Source: Hormiphora californensis
Lineage: Eukaryota; Animalia; Ctenophora
Length of the DNA: 64,000 nt
Reading direction: 5' to 3'
NCBI GenBank assembly: GCA_020137815.1
Contig: CM035351.1
Span: forward strand, 7,192,001-7,256,000
Part shown: one piece after another, positions 1 through 13,900 of the stretch
Numbering within the stretch: position 1 is the first letter of the stretch
Layout: every line of letters begins with the position of its first letter
Made by a program: the position numbers and the translations under genes
Notes under the pieces: generated by a model
What the model saw: only the letters and a program-made list of their open reading frames with translations
Told to the model about the DNA's origin: nothing
The model's database searches: none

Positions 1-1721
1 CAATAGGGCGGGGTCTCCGGAGGTCTGCCTCGCGGCTCGCTTGAAACCCAGTTTCCACTGAGTTTCTCGACAAAGTTAAGCTTTTAGAAAAGAGAGTGAA
101 TAATTATCTTTCGTGGTATCAACATGGAACGAGCATAAACCATGAGCGTCGAGCATAGAACGAAACAAAAAGTTTAAGAAGCTGAAGTAGAAAAAGTTTT
201 TTACAAAACGTGCAAGAAATCTAAAAAACGCGATAAAATTGAAAATTACACGGGTGAAACGCGCGGCGCAGACGTCATACTCGCGCGGCTTTACATTTGC
301 GCGTCCGATTTGACAGCTCGATGGGACGAGGATATTTCTGACGTTCAAATTGCAATTTCAAGTGAGCCAGTAAACATTTGAATCCTGAAATTTATTTGAA
401 AACAGGGCGTTGTTGTCATGGTTGGGCGTGGCTGCTTTCTCTTGGCGCTGACTATTTTAGCAACTGCCCTGAGACGGTTGAGGGTGCGCGGCTCAAACTG
501 TGCGCTGCGCAATCAGTGAGTGCTGACCACAGTCACAGCTCTACCATGTGGGGGAGGAAATTTTGCTAGCAATAAGCAAGCGATGTGTCTTGTTCTGTTT
601 ATAGCGATGACGTAGCTAATAGCTACCAAATGTACACACAATCTACACACACATTAACACACCCTAACACTTTGTTTTTCTATTTCCTGGGAAAGTGGCA
701 GTGAAATGTGAATGTTTCTGATCATTTTACAAAGGCTTGTCCCCACTCCTAACTCCACACCCTCTTATGTAGTTTGCAGTTTGAATCTTCATTAGGTCAC
801 GAGATGGTCAGACGAAGATAATCGTATAATGATGTGAAAACAAAGAAGGGACAGAAAAGGGATGGTAAAGTAATAAGTATTGAGTAACGTAGCTAGAATA
901 ACAGAGAGAGGGAGAGAGATAGAAAAAGGAGTGGACATAAGAGAAGTTTTCCATCTCAAGATGTGGAGATGGAGTTTGAATCCTTGTGTGCAGCAATGAC
1001 AGTGCACAGCTTGTAGCTTACTGAATCTCTACTATCCGAACCGTGTGTATGTCTGTGTGTATGTGTATGAGATTAAAGATGCATGTGAGATTGAACTGCC
1101 GGAAAGAGAGCGAGAGAGAGAGAGAGAAAGGGAGAGATGGAGAGAGACACACAGAGAGACAAAGAGGGGAGGAGAAGGATAGCTCCGAGATCTCTTCTTG
1201 ATATATCTAGAAGAAGATAGGAGCAATTGTCTGGATATAATGATGAATGATAAAGTCATCATGTCCGATGATATATAATATCATGCGCACTCTGTATCAC
1301 GAGGAAATGCAGCAGCAATGTTACATCATTCATGTTACATCATTCTACATCATGTGATTATGAAGAGCTCTATTATCCGTTCCTAATTCTATATTCTCCC
1401 CTAACTCATATCTCTCCACCTTCCCTAATTCTCTCTCTCGGTGATCCCCTCTCCATCTCTAACCAGTGCTAAACAGCGTCAGTTACACGCACCGCAATAT
1501 AAATGCCACACAGTGTAGTTAACACATTCCCAGTGTATATAATAGAGGCGGTCATGATCAACCTATTTATAGTATCACATTGCAGCTTGTCCCCCTCTCT
1601 CTCTATCTTTCTTTCTTTCTCTCTCTATCTCTTTCTTTCCCTTTCTCTCTCTTTCCACACACTCACGAACACGCGTAATGGCTCAAGTTGAGGTTCCTCT
1701 ACACACAAAGCTGTACAAACA

Positions 1722-1767
<46 letters not shown>

Positions 1768-3048
1768 ACTCTCTATCTCTCTCTCTCTCTCTCTCTCTCG
1801 CTCTATCTCTCTCTCTCTATCTCTCTCCCTCTCGTTATCTTTCTTCCTCCAGTTTCGTTTCGGCTTGCACATGTTCTCATATTCTGAGCTATGAGTAGCT
1901 TTCTATTCTCATTAGAGACTCCCCTCCTCTTTCCCTCTCCTCTTTCTTTCTATCTTTCTACATCATCCTCTTTCTATCTTTCTACATCATCTCAATATAT
2001 CTTCCTCCACTGGCTCTCTAAAATCTTCACCGCTCTGTGGTCGGCAGCCTAATGAAGAGGCGTGGTGCGGACCGTGCCGCCGTGATCTCAGCAGTTCGTC
2101 ACGCGGCTACCCGGAAGAGCAAGGCAACCAGTTAGAGAGGGATATAATAGAGAGTACAGAGGTGAGAGAGATGATATAAAGAGATAAATCACCATTTTAA
2201 TAGGCCAACATTATCATGCATAAGAAGAGAGAAGCAGCCGTTAGAAGTGTGACGCCGCCGTGTCAGTGTGACGTTATGTACATACACACACAGACACATG
2301 ACACAGGGCTTAATGATACGAACCTAGGTGTATAAACTGGTGTGATATTATAGAATCATATAGTGGAACACACAGTCACACTGCATCAGCCTCTAGATTG
2401 TGTGACACACAGACTCACAATATCCACACAAACTTCCACAATAGGAATGGCTTCACTGTCATCGCTAGGAGCATGTACAAACACGCTTACTGTGCTCTCA
2501 ATCAAACTATCTCTTGGGAGGAGAACTTCTGAGATGATACTAAATGCGATCAATGGTGGGCATGGAATTTCTGTGTTAGATATGGTTATAGCCCCGTTAT
2601 AACTTCTATAGTCATTGAAATGTGGTGGCTCTCTTTTCCTTAGTCCCCCCCTGTATTTCTCCTTTGTTAGGCTGATTTCCCTTTGCTCCTGTCGTCCGCT
2701 CCACGTCCCCGTGTTATTGATGTCTTTATTGTTGCTCGCAGCGGGCAAGGGATTCAATACAACTCGAGGTCACTGGTGAGACAGATCACCCAAAACTGAC
2801 ATTCAATCTTGTTTGAATTGTGTGCAAAAACAAACAAAGATCGCTAAGATCGATCAGGGACAATGAGAGAGCGACTCTGCATTCACATGACTCAGTTTAG
2901 CCAATGAGAGAGCAATTCAGGATTACGTGATAAACTATTGATTTTGTGGTAAAACCGGTTTAGTGGGGGGTTGCTGCTTAGTTACGATTTTAATACTAGA
3001 AATTTGATTCACACCATACATTGACCAATGTTTTCTTCTAGATAAGAT

Positions 3049-4128
3049 ATGACAGCAGTGGTTATCGATAATGGATCTAGCACGATAAAGGCAGGGCTTG
3101 CTGAGGAGGACACTCCACGTCATATTTTCTCCTCTGTAATCGGTCGACCAAACAATGACCTTGGAACCAAGGAGGAGCAGGATAAGGACGTTTATGTGGG
3201 GGGTGAGGCCGAGGTCAGGAGGGAAATCCTTAGTCTCAACTATCCAATTGAACGCGGCAAAGTTACCAACTGGGAAGATATGGAGGCGATATGGCATCAT
3301 ACTTTCTACAACGAGCTCCGAGTTGCCCCTGAGGAGCACCCAGTCCTCCTAACTGAGGCTCCCTTGACCCCCAAGGACAGTAGAGAGAAAATGGCCCAGA
3401 TAATGTTCGAGACCTTTAACACTCCCGCTATGTACGTTGCAAACCAGACTGTCTTGTCACTGTATAGCACGGGCCGAACCACCGGTACCGTCATCGATTC
3501 TGGTCATGGTGCCTCTCACATCGTGCCAATCTATGAGGGGTACCCCATGGGAAATGCGATCAGGAAACTAGACCTGGCCGGAAGGGATCTCACTGACTAC
3601 CTTATGAAACTCCTCTCGGAGCGGGATCGATCCTCCTGGGACATTGTCAATGATATCAAAGAGAAGGTTTGCTATGTTGCCCAGGATGATGAGATGGTGC
3701 CCTGTGACTACGAGTTACCCGATGGGCAAGTTATTACCATTGGTAAGGAGAGGTGCATGTGCCCAGAGCTTCTCTTTAAACCCCATTTGGGTGATCATGG
3801 TGGGAGTGTTGGTATTCACCAGGCGGCCTTTAACAGTTTGATGGAGTGTAATATTGATATCAAGACTGGTTTGATGGATAACATCTGTCTCTCAGGAGGG
3901 AGCACCATGTTTCCTGGTATGGCTGATAGAATACAGAAGGAGATCACCGACCTGGCACCACCCTACTATAAAGTCAGGGTTGTTGCTCCTCCCGAGAGGA
4001 AGTACTCCGTCTGGATTGGAGGATCTATTATTGCGGAAGTAAATGGAAGATGTGGATTTGCGAATATGTGGGTCACCAAGAAAGAGTATGAGGAGTCGGG
4101 TCCCTCTGTTGTACAGAAATGTATTTAG
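3049..4128 (+). CDS. Divergent actin-like protein, intronless (359 aa)
   Basis: Actin motifs throughout: [102 protein letters not shown]. Several indels relative to conventional actin. AATAAA about 35 nt after the stop. Confidence 0.95.
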   Translation: MTAVVIDNGSSTIKAGLAEEDTPRHIFSSVIGRPNNDLGTKEEQDKDVYVGGEAEVRREILSLNYPIERGKVTNWEDMEAIWHHTFYNELRVAPEEHPVLLTEAPLTPKDSREKMAQIMFETFNTPAMYVANQTVLSLYSTGRTTGTVIDSGHGASHIVPIYEGYPMGNAIRKLDLAGRDLTDYLMKLLSERDRSSWDIVNDIKEKVCYVAQDDEMVPCDYELPDGQVITIGKERCMCPELLFKPHLGDHGGSVGIHQAAFNSLMECNIDIKTGLMDNICLSGGSTMFPGMADRIQKEITDLAPPYYKVRVVAPPERKYSVWIGGSIIAEVNGRCGFANMWVTKKEYEESGPSVVQKCI

Positions 4129-4439
4129 ATGTGCAGATGGGAGTGGACTGTTGATTTGGCAATAAAAACTTGTTCTCTCCAAAATGGGCCAACAGACAAT
4201 AAATGTGTCTTCTGAGTGTGTGATTAAATTTAGCAAACAAGGGATAGATCTGAGCCAATTCAGGTCTCTCTTTTGTGTTTTTCCTCTTTTTTATTCTTCT
4301 GTTCTCTTCGCGTGGGGGTGCCTGCTGGTGCATCTAGGTGACGTAATTGTAGTTTTGCAATTAGCTTAGACCACACGACAAGTTCCATCTAAAACAGCTG
4401 TGTTATTGTATACACATGACATTTCTTTCTCCCAGCATT

Positions 4440-4518
4440 TTCACACACACACACAGACACAGACACTTTCACAGAAACACACAGACAGACAGACAGACAG
4501 ACACTTTCACAGAGACAC

Positions 4519-4557
<39 letters not shown>

Positions 4558-4580
4558 CTTTCACAGGCACACACACAGAT
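4440..4580. repeat. Compound (CA)n/(GACA)n microsatellite
   Basis: Direct reading of the sequence. Confidence 0.9.
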
Positions 4581-5100
4581 GACAGTACCGAGATCTATTT
4601 CTGGTTCACACACACAATAACATGTTGCACTGTGTGTGCAGTGCAGCATCTCCCAGTGGGCGACACACACAGCACTCTAAATATAAACCACTATTATTTC
4701 CGGCTATCTGGTAGCATATATATACACAGAGAGGGATGAGAGAGAAAGAGAGAAAGAGAGAAAGAGAGAGAGAGAAAGCTGTGAGTTGTACACTCGGTCT
4801 GTAGTTTTGGAATTGTACAGTTTGAAAACAATCGTAAAACTCATCGATTATGAAAGGTAGAAGGTTCTTTATTGAACATGACTAGAGATCGGGTAAGAAT
4901 ATTATTAATTAGTTTTTATTTCGGCTATGTGGGTCATATTGTGCCTGAAAACAAATCATGATCTGGTGTGACGCTGTCGCCAGGGAAATGAAAACATATC
5001 AAGTGTCCAAAAATACAGCCGGTCAGCTCAAGAACAGTCCGTCCTCAAATATTATATTTTGGCAGAAAGCCAGCTCAGTAAACTCGATCACCCCACATAC

Positions 5101-5180
5101 CAGGACCGACATAAGTAAACAACCAATCAGAACTCGTTATTTAGGTCACGTGACTGGTTATCAGCCAATCAGGTCGGTTC
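5101..5180 (+). mobile_element. Short dispersed repeat (AACCAATCAG...GTCACGTGAC...GCCAATCAG family), copy 1
   Basis: Near-identical copies on the opposite strand at ~22801-22910 and ~41413-41492. Confidence 0.85.
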
Positions 5181-5739
5181 ATGCCACATACATACCGGTT
5201 ACCAGTCATTATTATGTTGGCAAGATCCACCTACCATGACGGTATAGTGTGTGTGTATAACTGTGTAAGCTAGCTATGTGTGATAATTTGTGACATATAT
5301 GTGACGGTGCTGTTTTGGGAGAGCGGCCAAAAGGAAAACACAGAATCTGACCAGTTTTGTCTAACGAATATATATGGTATATATCCATCTGAACAGAAAA
5401 ATAAAACACACTCAGGAGATAACACGTACACCACCGCTGCTATTACACGAGAGAAAGATATGAACTACTTTTTATTTTTCCTGAACATTTTGTAACATTT
5501 GTAAGTTTTGTAACATTACGGGACATGATATTATATATCAACCTGCTGAAATAGCCCTGTGTTTTATGAAAAGGAGACTACTGATTGTGAAAAGTAAATG
5601 TTGTCGAACATGTATATATCGGAACATGTGTAGAATCGCAATAATAGTGTTAGGTGTGAGGGAGGGAGATATTTCCCTCTTCCACACACAAAAAAGCCAT
5701 GACCACAACTCTACACTTCTCTATTTCCCCCATTATCTC

Positions 5740-5770
<31 letters not shown>

Positions 5771-6329
5771 AATAACTTACGTTGTATATTGTTACCCTCT
5801 CACACGTAGCCCTATCGAAAGATTTGGGGACAATATTTTGGGCATAACGAACTCACTCTAAAATACATGTGTGGGTGTGATGGAAGGAACTTGCCCCCAC
5901 ACACACAATGCAATAGCAGTTCGTCGCCTGAAAACCCCGGATATATATACATACACATATATATTTTGTGTTCAAAAGACACGGTCACACACTGAGAGAT
6001 AGCGGTGGATATTATTTGAGGCTCTCTCTACTCGGCCCTCTCTCGGGTTGTGAGATGTGTATAAATCGATGCTAACCCACCCGTGATTTAAACCTGCCCA
6101 GATACATCTGTAGTAAAGTGACGACCAAATCAAGAACAGTCGCACATGAACAACGTGCGTATCAATGGTACATGCGAGGAGAATGTAGGATTGTGTGTCT
6201 CTCTCAAATTGGCTAAAGTTCATCATTGCCTGTTTCTCACTCATCGCTATCCCATTTCAGATTCTCAGTAGTCTTTGTCTCTCTCTCTCTCTCTCTAATT
6301 TCTCTCTCCCTTGGTTTTATTCTCTCTCA

Positions 6330-7486
6330 TTAGATCTTGCGAATCTTGCTGCCGACAACCTGGGGGTTGTCCTTCTCGAGCTTGGCCCGTCCCTCGGTCT
6401 TGTAATCAAAGGTACAATCATGCTGGTCGGAGTAGCGGTGCAGACCACAGAACAAATTCTCGCATCGGCACTTGAACCCTGAATGTAGTGGTAAGTTAGT
6501 GGCGCCTGGTGGAGGTATCACATGACACGTGTGCCAAAACAAGGTGGCTGTTTTAACAAGCAGCAACAGTTTGGTGTCCTGTGTAATTAGTGTCCTAATA
6601 CCGTGTGTATTGTGTAATTAGGGCCCTAACTACACATTACACACGATACCAAACTAGGTAGAAAAACAATTTCTCATCGGTCGCGGTTGTAATACATAAT
6701 ATGTGACCTCAGCTCCCTTATTATGCAATTACCTGTAAGGCCAACTTTTTTGTTGCAAGAGAAGCATCGGTTCTTGGCCTTGCTCGGTGATTTCCCCTTA
6801 TCATCGGGTGGTGTAGCGGAGAGAACTGAGCTGGGCGATCCAGCAATATCATCCACTACACTCTGTGGGATCGGGATCTCTGCCGCTACAGGTTCAACTG
6901 GAGGGGGGATCAATATTAACAACATGTAGAGATACCTGCCACCCGGCAAAGTTTGGTACGCTATAACACACACACGTCACACATACAACATGTGTATTGT
7001 GTTACAACGTGGCAACATTTCCACTCGCCAGCGTAGTGATCATGAATTAAGACTAAAGTATGAGAAACCGTGTAATCCTGGGGAGCAGGAAGTTACATCG
7101 AATCTAGGAAAGTATGGAAACCGTGGAGCAGGAAGTTAACCATATGTTAGAACAAACCTGTCGGTTGAGGTATGATAGGGGCGGGTTGTTGTTGTTGATG
7201 CTGTTCGGCCGCGGAGGGTGCAGGAGCACTGGCCGTTTGCTGCTGAGCAGCTTTCTTCTTTAGGTTATCTTTGAAGCATTTTGAGCACATGCCATCAAAT
7301 GAGGCATTACCATAAAAGCCACATCCCTGGAAGACAAGATATATTAGCGAGAATGAAGGGTAAATGATATCTGTCTAGTCTTTAGCCATCTTGTATGTAA
7401 AGCTAAATCTCATCACAAACTAGTATGGCGAGTGTGTGCGTGTAAAAACATACCTGCGTGCACAGAGAGCTATCCAGCCTGTCCAT
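6330..7486 (-). CDS. ZFAND5/6: A20/AN1 zinc finger protein, 4 exons (7486-7454, 7326-7158, 6897-6733, 6478-6330)
   Basis: Spliced translation gives an N-terminal A20 finger ([21 protein letters not shown]) and a C-terminal AN1 finger ([35 protein letters not shown]...[16 protein letters not shown]). All introns are GT-AG and in phase. Confidence 0.95.
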
Positions 7487-8306
7487 TTGTGTGGCTGCGA
7501 CGCAGCACCCACACCGGTCTTCCTAGATGATGTAATTGGATTTAGAAACTTGCCAAAAGGGTAAGATCACCATATCGATTATACAGGGAAAAAAATAGGT
7601 AACTCGGGTAGATCAAAATATTAAAATTTCTAGTCTCTAGTCTCTACCATCTTGAAATTATAGTCACGATTGTGGTTGCGAAAAACCCTACTTTTCTTTT
7701 CAAATACAATTATGATGGCGCTTCTCTCTCAAAATATGATGGAGCAATCAAGCTTTTAGAGAGAAAAAAAGCGTACATGCCACAGGGTGAACTGTGAAGA
7801 CGTTCGAAATTTGTTTTAGGGCTTAGGCCAAGTATTAGAATGTTGTATCTACACCTTTTAGATTGATTACTCGAAATACTGGTTACAGATCGAATCTGCT
7901 TAAAGGATTTATTGATACATTTCAGCAGCAAGCTTTTTAGCACAAAATTAATTCCTTACATCTAGCCTTTTGAGACGAACCCAGTCGGCAGTCATTGTCA
8001 ATTATTGCAATTGCCTTGTTCGACCCTCTCTCTCAGCGCCCCGCAAATGTAAGGGAGGGTCAGAGCAAGTTAATTACTCAGTTTTCGGGGGAAAAGTGTA
8101 GCTTCAACGACAGAGTACAAAATGTGACCAGTGACGGCCACGGTCGACACTCGACCTTGACCTTTTATTCGGGGCCTGGCAAGGCCCCCCGACCCGAATA
8201 TAACCCAAACTCAACCCATCCCCCCTAAAACATCCCCCCTAAAACTAAAACAACGGGGCCGAGCCGACAGGCCCTTAATACCAGATGAAAAAAAACCATA
8301 AAACCA

Positions 8307-9238
8307 TAAACCATAACCATAAACCATAGATATTTTTAGAGTGAAAGTTTTGAAGCCCCCTGAAGTAGTAGAGAGGTGTTCTATGGCTCGTTGGAAAGGT
8401 CTCGAGGTCCCGCGACGTATAGGGGGTGTGGCGATGGCCATACCCAAACCTATAAGGGGTAGGACGCGAAAAACAGTCAAAATAAGGGGTATGCTGAACT
8501 CGGCAATTAGAAGCAGTAGAAAGGTGTTCTAGGGTGCGTTCGAAAGCTCTCGAGATGCTGAAGTAATTGGAATGTAATTGGAAGTAATTACATGTAATTA
8601 AAATGTAATTACATGTAATTAAAGGGTAATTACATGTAATTAAAAGGTCTAAATGACCCAGAATGATAATTTAAACATATTTTGACATATTTGGAGGCCC
8701 TGAGACCAGTGGGTGGCCAAATTTAATCAGGTTTCGGGTCGGCTGACGTAAAAACTCCGTGTTTTGGTCGAGTAACCATAAACCATAAACCATAGATATT
8801 TTTAGAGTGAAAGTTTTGAAGCCACCTGAAGTAGTAGAGAGGTGTTCTATGGCTCGTTGGAAAGGACTCGAGGTCCCACGACGTATAGGGGGTGTGGCGA
8901 TGGCCATACCCAAACCTATAAGGGGTAGGACGCGAAAAACAGTCAAAATAAGGGGTATACAGAACTCGGCAATTGGAAGGAGTAGAAAGGTGTTCTAGGG
9001 TGCGTTCGAAAGCTCTCGAGGTGCTGAAGTAATTGGAATGTAATTGGAAGTAATTACATGTAATTAAAGCGTAATTACATGTAATTAAAGGGTAATTACA
9101 TGTAATTAAAAGGTCTGCATGATCCCAAATGATAATTTAAACATATTTTCACGTATTTGGAGGCCCTGAGACCAGCGGGTGGCCAAATTTAATCCGGTTT
9201 CGGGTCGGCTGACGTAAAAACTCCGCGTTTTGGTCGAG
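8307..9238. repeat. Tandem duplication of a ~466-bp unit with internal TAATTACATGTAATTA palindromes; probably the interior of a non-autonomous DNA element
   Basis: Near-identical ORF pair offset by 466 bp (8341 and 8807). Palindromic subrepeats are visible. Confidence 0.85.
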
Positions 9239-9619
9239 GTTCGTCAAAATCAAATAAAAACATACCTAAGAGTCTGGTATCGTTTATCAACAGGTAAAGG
9301 TAAAAGTCAGAGGGCTCGGTGCTCACGCTTCACAGGTTTTTGATAAAACAGAGGCCTAAGTTTGGCCGCAAAGGTCGAAAATTGAAAAGATTTGTGAGCG
9401 CCGTGCAAATTTTCAAAAACAAAGTTTCTGTTTTTCAAATCGAATTGGTCGCGATTCGAGATCTCGCGCCGCGCCTGGATAGCTATATTTTCGCGCGTTA
9501 CGTATAAATACAACAATTGCAGCGCATTTTAGTACTTTTATTTATCGAAGAAAAATTTATGATTCACGCAACCGACCCAACGTTTCAAAATCTTCAAACG
9601 AAGTTTTAAAATTCCTGTT

Positions 9620-10140
9620 TGAAAAGATTACAAGATTACAAGATTAAAATTATATTTATAATGTCAATAAATTAAATAAATGTAATTATTGACACCCCGC
9701 TAATACACTAAACATATTGGCTCACAAGTATTAAAAAATAAATATGTCCAACATGCGGACGTTTCCGCCCGTAGCTACCTCTAGCTGGGTTATCTCGTCT
9801 AATTCAAACACTCTTCAATATCACATTGTATGTACAAAAAACAGAATCAATAAACTGTCGTGATAACAAGTGATGAGTAGCGTATAGAAGGGATGTTGTT
9901 GATAGTTTGTAGAATGAGGAATGAGGATGAAAAGCGCTGCCTCATCACAGCAGCGTTTGCGAAGATTCCTATTTAGAGTTCTACCCAACGACCGATAGGG
10001 AGGAGGGATAGAACATGAGATAATTCCCGATGCCGAAGGCAAGGGGATTATCTAATTAGCATGTCAAGTACAGCAGGGTTGTTTATTATCAGCAATCCAT
10101 CCAGAGAGTTGGGTACAGTGTCCCCTCTCTTCTTGGGAAG
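9620..10140 (-). mobile_element. Degraded 3' end of a LINE (L2/Rex-like) with a short tandem-repeat tail
   Basis: (AAGATTAC)n at ~9625-9645 reads as a tail on the minus strand, preceded by a decayed sequence weakly resembling an RT C-terminus. Weak support. Confidence 0.35.
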
Positions 10141-10144
10141 TGCA

Positions 10145-10488
10145 CGCGAGAAAAGGGAGGTTGAGATAACAACTGTGCAGTCAACAGCACAGCAAGAAAT
10201 AAAGAGTTTTGCTTCTGTCCTGGAGAAGAAATGTGCTAGTGCTCCGAAAGTGAAATCCGCCGAGCGCTTGGGAAAGCAGTCCTCATCTGCAAGACCTGTT
10301 AAAGTGGTGCTGAGGAGCAGAGACGCTCAAATGTCGATCCTGTCGAAGAAATCCCTGCTGAAAGGGAACGACAAGTTCGGCAAAGTTTTTATTTCTCCTG
10401 ATAGAACAGTTGAAGAACGGGGAGAACGGAAACAGCTTGTGATTGAACTGAAGGAGAAGGCAAAGCAGTCCCCTGGAACCCACTACAT
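10145..10488 (+). mobile_element. LINE (CR1/L2-type) ORF1 C-terminal fragment
   Basis: RLGK...RPVKVVL...VFISPDRTVEERGERKQLVIELK is typical of CR1/L2 ORF1 C-termini. It is truncated at the (TAC)n run. Confidence 0.75.
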
Positions 10489-10760
10489 ACTACTACTACT
10501 ACTACTACTCAGAGTGCCTGGGCTTGCCTACGGCAAGCCCACAGGGACTATCGCAAAGCGATATCGCCGGCACTGGAGAAGAGTCCCCCCGCCCTCTCCC
10601 CTCGCATGGAACTACCATCTGGCAGGTTCACAATATAACGGGAGATTTGGAGTGGGGCTCTTCTCGGGGTTGTTCGAGTCCTGTGTGGTTATTTTTTCCA
10701 GGAACGTTTATACTTTGATCTTGAACCACAGTTTCGTCTTCGTTTTCAATTAATCTTTGA
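10489..10760 (-). mobile_element. Probable 3' end of a retroposon with a (TAG)n tail and a stem-loop, abutting the ORF1 fragment
   Basis: (TAC)n run at ~10488-10508 next to the hairpin GGGCTTGCC-TAC-GGCAAGCCC. Confidence 0.45.
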
Positions 10761-10903
10761 TACGGGATATGTGAGACCTATCTGTCTGATTAGGTTCAAT
10801 TAGGTTAGAAGGCTAAACTAGCAAGGATTTGTTCTCAGTCCACAGTTTTGTTTAGTATGTATATATTGGTGGCGGGTGGGGTGGTTCGGGGTGGGTGGAG
10901 GCT

Positions 10904-13900
10904 AATAGGGCTAGATATTTGGTTGAAAAAGGGATATTCTACTTGAAGGGGAGTGAGAAAAATAGGGCTAGATATTTGGTTGAAAAAGGGATATTCTACT
11001 TGAAGGGGAGTGAGAAAAATAGGGCTAGATATTGGGTTGAAAAAGGGATATTCTACTTGAAGGGGAGTGAGAAAAATAGGGCTAGATATTGGGTTGAAAA
11101 AGGGATATTCTACTTGAAGGGGAGTGAGAAAAATAGGGCTAGATATTGGGTTGAAAAAGGGATATTCTACTTGAAGGGGAGTGAGAAAAATAGGGCTAGA
11201 TATTTGGTTGAAAAAGGGATATTCTACTTGAAGGGGAGTGAGAAAAATAGGGCTAGATATTTGGTTGAAAAAGGGATATTCTACTTGAAGGGGAGTGAGA
11301 AAAATAGGGCTAGATATTGGGTTGAAAAAGGGATATTCTACTTGAAGGGGAGTGAGAAAAATAGGGCTAGATATTGGGTTGAAAAAGGGATATTCTACTT
11401 GAAGGGGAGTGAGAAAAATAGGGCTAGATATTGGGTTGAAAAAGGGATATTCTACTTGAAGGGGAGTGAGAAAAATAGGGCTAGATATTGGGTTGAATTC
11501 TTTTATTGACATAATACCATGTAGAACATGTGTTTAGGTACCAGATATTATCTGTATACAGCCATCTTAATTCTTGGAGCAGCAAACAGTGGCCTTCTGA
11601 ATTGCTACTGAAGTAGGAACTGGATGTTGGAAATTAATCAGTTGCGTTGCTGATCACGCGATCTCTCTTGCATGCAGGGAGAGAGAAGGGAGGAATTATG
11701 AGGGGAAATATAGGTCGAGATTAAATAGTTTCTGTTTTCTCCTCTCTCTGTGAGAAAAATAGGGCTAGATATTTGGTTGAAAAAGGGATATTCTACTTGA
11801 AGGGGAGTGAGAAAAATAGGGCTAGATATTTGGTTGAAAAAGGGATATTCTACTTGAAGGGGAGTGAGAAAAATAGGGCTAGATATTGGGTTGAAAAAGG
11901 GATATTCTACTTGAAGGGGAGTGAGAAAAATAGGGCTAGATATTGGGTTGAAAAAGGGATATTCTACTTGAAGGGGAGTGAGAAAAATAGGGCTAGATAT
12001 TGGGTTGAAAAAGGGATATTCTACTTGAAGGGGAGTGAGAAAAATAGGGCTAGATATTGGGTTGAATTCTTTTATTGACATAATACCATGTAGAACATGT
12101 GTTTAGGTACCAGATATTATCTGTATACAGCCATCTTAATTCTTGGAGCAGCAAACAGTGGCCTTCTGAATTGCTACTGAAGTAGGAACTGGATGTTGGA
12201 AATTAATCAGTTGCGTTGCTGATCACGCGATCTCTCTTGCATGCAGGGAGAGAGAAGGGAGGAATTATGAGGGGAAATATAGGTCGAGATTAAATAGTTT
12301 CTGTTTTCTCCTCTCTCTGTGAGAAAAATAGGGCTAGATATTTGGTTGAAAAAGGGATATTCTACTTGAAGGGGAGTGAGAAAAATAGGGCTAGATATTG
12401 GGTTGAAAAAGGGATATTCTACTTGAAGGGGAGTGAGAAAAATAGGGCTAGATATTGCGTTGAAAAAGGGATATTCTACTTGAAGGGGAGTGAGAAAAAT
12501 AGGGCTAGATATTGGGTTGAAAAAGGGATATTCTACTTGAAGGGGAGTGAGAAAAATAGGGCTAGATATTTGGTTGAAAAAGGGATATTCTACTTGAAGG
12601 GGAGTGAGAAAAATAGGGCTAGATATTGGGTTGAAAAAGGGATATTCTACTTGAAGGGGAGTGAGAAAAATAGGGCTAGATATTGGGTTGAAAAAGGGAT
12701 ATTCTACTTGAAGGGGAGTGAGAAAAATAGGGCTAGATATTGGGTTGAATTCTTTTATTGACATAATACCATGTAGAACATGTGTTTAGGTACCAGATAT
12801 TATCTGTATACAGCCATCTTAATTCTTGGAGCAGCAAACAGTGGCCTTCTGAATTGCTACTGAAGTAGGAACTGGATGTTGGAAATTAATCAGTTGCGTT
12901 GCTGATCACGCGATCTCTCTTGCATGCAGGGAGAGAGAAGGGAGGAATTATGAGGGGAAATATAGGTCGAGATTAAATAGTTTCTGTTTTCTCCTCTCTC
13001 TGTGAGAAAAATAGGGCTAGATATTTGGTTGAAAAAGGGATATTCTACTTGAAGGGGAGTGAGAAAAATAGGGCTAGATATTGGGTTGAAAAAGGGATAT
13101 TCTACTTGAAGGGGAGTGAGAAAAATAGGGCTAGATATTTGGTTGAAAAAGGGATATTCTACTTGAAGGGGAGTGAGAAAAATAGGGCTAGATATTGGGT
13201 TGAAAAAGGGATATTCTACTTGAAGGGGAGTGAGAAAAATAGGGCTAGATATTGGGTTGAAAAAGGGATATTCTACTTGAAGGGGAGTGAGAAAAATAGG
13301 GCTAGATATTGGGTTGAAAAAGGGATATTCTACTTGAAGGGGAGTGAGAAAAATAGGGCTAGATATTGGGTTGAATTCTTTTATTGACATAATACCATGT
13401 AGAACATGTGTTTAGGTACCAGATATTATCTGTATACAGCCATCTTAATTCTTGGAGCAGCAAACAGTGGCCTTCTGAATTGCTACTGAAGTAGGAACTG
13501 GATGTTGGAAATTAATCAGTTGCGTTGCTGATCACGCGATCTCTCTTGCATGCAGGGAGAGAGAAGGGAGGAATTATGAGGGGAAATATAGGTCGAGATT
13601 AAATAGTTTCTGTTTTCTCCTCTCTCTGTGAGAAAAATAGGGCTAGATATTTGGTTGAAAAAGGGATATTCTACTTGAAGGGGAGTGAGAAAAATAGGGC
13701 TAGATATTTGGTTGAAAAAGGGATATTCTACTTGAAGGGGAGTGAGAAAAATAGGGCTAGATATTGGGTTGAAAAAGGGATATTCTACTTGAAGGGGAGT
13801 GAGAAAAATAGGGCTAGATATTGGGTTGAAAAAGGGATATTCTACTTGAAGGGGAGTGAGAAAAATAGGGCTAGATATTGGGTTGAAAAAGGGATATTCT

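Noticed and set aside
1-370. GC-rich CGCGCG/TTTACAT segments here and at ~9300-9540 and ~49860-50270
   Set aside because: They resemble pieces of non-autonomous elements, but the similarity is too loose to define ends or family by eye.
1032-1894. SLSLSL/RERERE ORFs here and at other CT/GA tracts
   Set aside because: Translations of microsatellites.
2386-2757. 123-aa minus-strand ORF
   Set aside because: Non-ATG start, no recognisable motif and no exon partners found. It may be an exon but cannot be supported.
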